Of a stretch of DNA of 64,000 nt, positions 62,146 to 64,000 are shown piece after piece. Location of the stretch: assembly GCA_965203275.1 (NCBI GenBank), contig OZ241865.1, positions 1,472,001-1,536,000 on the forward strand, in the 5' to 3' direction. Each line of letters begins with the position of its first letter. Within the stretch, counting starts at the first letter, position 1. The notes beneath the pieces were generated by a model that saw nothing but the letters and a program-made list of their open reading frames with translations, was not told where the DNA came from and did not search any database. The stretch comes from Bdellovibrionales bacterium (lineage in GTDB: Bacteria; Bdellovibrionota; Bdellovibrionia; Bdellovibrionales; JAUICD01). The position numbers and the translations under genes were made by a program.

Positions 62146-62279
62146 CTTATCTGGATTTTTAATAAAGAGACCTCTAAATGCCAATTAAATAAGCCGTAAT
62201 CATTGATATTTCGGGGGAGGTAAAAAGTATTGACAAGTATAGAGGATTAGGCTAAATGCATAATTAGTAGAGGTTTATA

Positions 62280-62483
62280 ATGATCACAGAAAAAGAGATG
62301 GATAATATATCTGAAGAAATTACCTATATTGAGGAAAGACTTAATATTCTTTCTTTAAATAATTCCATTGAAAGTCAAGAAAGAAGAAGGCTTTTGAGAC
62401 GTCTTGACTTTCTTGAATATCAACTGAGATCTTCTCTTATTTCTTTAAAAAGTAAGAAGCCTCAGTTAGGACTTGTCTCTTAA
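62280..62483 (+). CDS. Small hypothetical protein
   Basis: GAGG RBS, ATG, upstream TTGACA. Confidence 0.55.
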   Translation: MITEKEMDNISEEITYIEERLNILSLNNSIESQERRRLLRRLDFLEYQLRSSLISLKSKKPQLGLVS

Positions 62484-62496
62484 ACTTTTTTTATTA

Positions 62497-64000
62497 TTAT
62501 ATCTCTTTTTGTTCTTCTTTTTCCTGTATTTCTTCAATATGTTTTATCTCTTTTTCAATACGACTCTCTTTTGTAAAGATAGCTTCTTGTGTTGTTTTAA
62601 GAAGTTGAGAAATAAGATTATTGAGCTTTTCCCATGCATTTGTACTTTCGATTTCTTCTCTGATCTCTTGTCGAATTCTTTGAAATTTCCATTGTGGTTT
62701 AATTTCTACATTTTGAGCAATTTTTTTGATTTCCTTTACTTGAATTACAATGTCCTTATGGAGTGAGTCTGAAGGATTATATTTTGGAAAAGAAGGTTTT
62801 AATAAATGTGTATGAAAGTGTCTTGGTCCATGATTTCCTTGAGATTGTAAAGGTTGAACTTGATTTAAAATGCACTCACTATTTAAAATCCCCTCAAGAT
62901 ATATTCCTTCATCTTGACTGTCAACAGGACTCCAATATAAACTTGTGTCAATAACTCCTTTTATATCTTCTAATAAAACCGCTGCTGGATATGTTCCTGA
63001 AGCTGTGTAAACTATTCTTAATTTTGAAATAGGAAATTGATTTTCTAAAAGTTTCTGATAATTAATTCTTTCTTTGAAAGTCATCTTTTCACTACTATTA
63101 GCCTTCCAAATATCTTCGGCTCTTTTGAGATATTGACTTAAATAAGTATAACCTTTTTGCTCTGCTTCAAAGGAGTTCATAACTTGATTGTCATAAGGTA
63201 TCACAGCTAGTTTTGCATCATCAATAATTCTAAACGGAGCAATAGATTTGCCTGTATAAACAGGTTTTAAAAATTGTGATTCCATTTTGTTTTCTATTGG
63301 GTCAATACTTTTCCAAGGTTCTTTATCTTGACTGGAAGTAACACCTTTGACTAAAGGTGTTTTCTTTAAAACTCCAAGTTTTCCTCCTTGCATTTTTTCT
63401 ACAAAAATAAATCGCCTTGGAACTAAAGAAGCTCCTTGTTTAAATTTATCAAAATAATAAGAATACTCAGAAGGATCATTATAATGACTTAAAGGCCATT
63501 CTTTCTTTTCATAAGATAAAGCCTTATTAGCTTCTTCTAAGTTTATATTTTTTTGAGGAAGTTTTCCTTTAAAATAAAATATATCTTCCTGAGGTAGTGA
63601 TGCTTCAGATGGCTTTCTTCTTTGAGAAAACAAAACACAACAAGTTGTTTTAAAAAGATTTTTAACCTTTGAATCAAAAAGCCACGCATTTGTAAATTTA
63701 ATTGATATTTGAGTATCGGAGTTTCTGCTAAAAGAACCCTCTCTGAAGGCTCTATGATGATCTCCATTTATAACTCCATAAGGCATTACAAAAGCTAGTT
63801 TTCCTGTCTCTTTCATATACAATTCAATGGATCTCACGAAAAAATAAGTGGATATATCCTGGCTTGTTTGAAATTTGCTATTATTTTTATTGCTGTGCAA
63901 TAATTTAATGGCACAGCATTCATCCTTAAAATTTTTCTGCATGTCGTTTGTCATACTGTTATATTTTAACCAAGGAGGATTTCCAATGACGACATCTGCT
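62497..64000 (-). CDS. Type IIG-like restriction-modification enzyme/N6-MTase, C-terminal part (continues past the window edge)
   Basis: DVVIGNPPW at the window edge in frame with the ORF; GKLAFVMP; LEGILNS TRD-like region. Confidence 0.85.
   Translation of the reverse strand, partial: ADVVIGNPPWLKYNSMTNDMQKNFKDECCAIKLLHSNKNNSKFQTSQDISTYFFVRSIELYMKETGKLAFVMPYGVINGDHHRAFREGSFSRNSDTQISIKFTNAWLFDSKVKNLFKTTCCVLFSQRRKPSEASLPQEDIFYFKGKLPQKNINLEEANKALSYEKKEWPLSHYNDPSEYSYYFDKFKQGASLVPRRFIFVEKMQGGKLGVLKKTPLVKGVTSSQDKEPWKSIDPIENKMESQFLKPVYTGKSIAPFRIIDDAKLAVIPYDNQVMNSFEAEQKGYTYLSQYLKRAEDIWKANSSEKMTFKERINYQKLLENQFPISKLRIVYTASGTYPAAVLLEDIKGVIDTSLYWSPVDSQDEGIYLEGILNSECILNQVQPLQSQGNHGPRHFHTHLLKPSFPKYNPSDSLHKDIVIQVKEIKKIAQNVEIKPQWKFQRIRQEIREEIESTNAWEKLNNLISQLLKTTQEAIFTKESRIEKEIKHIEEIQEKEEQKEI

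Noticed and set aside
1..64000. tRNA or rRNA genes
   Set aside because: None recognised by eye; a tRNAscan/Infernal run would be needed to exclude them

Overview
AT-rich bacterial chromosome segment. The housekeeping genes (nuoJKL, trmD, rpoZ, spoT, asnS, dsbD, phnDC, an RpoH-like sigma factor, a sigma54 activator, type IV pilins) look Bdellovibrionota/deltaproteobacterial-like, which is an inference. The left part holds IS1634 debris, an intact IS256 with an 8-bp target duplication, and a ~22 kb defence island (6-28 kb). The island carries a four-gene Zorya whose ZorD ends in an HNH domain and which is bracketed by a 33-bp direct repeat. It also has an adenine MTase, a patatin/CD-NTase/E2-SEC-C CBASS, a trypsin-like protease next to a frameshifted HNH-HEPN gene, a Ubl/E1/DUF6527 operon, TA modules and several remnants. 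Two unexplained non-coding repeat families stand out. The first is a ~370-400 bp element found three times, only between island cassettes, with outward-facing -35 boxes and an internal hairpin/U-tract unit. The second is a pervasive family of ~105-bp multi-stem palindromes whose variants covary, nest inside each other and sit at gene truncation points. Near the right end a full Rpn gene is followed by two stand-alone copies of its C-terminal RpnS-like module. Several single-base frameshifts in homopolymers (e.g. asnS) suggest sequencing errors, so pseudogene calls are tentative. All family assignments come from motif recognition by eye; no database searches were run.
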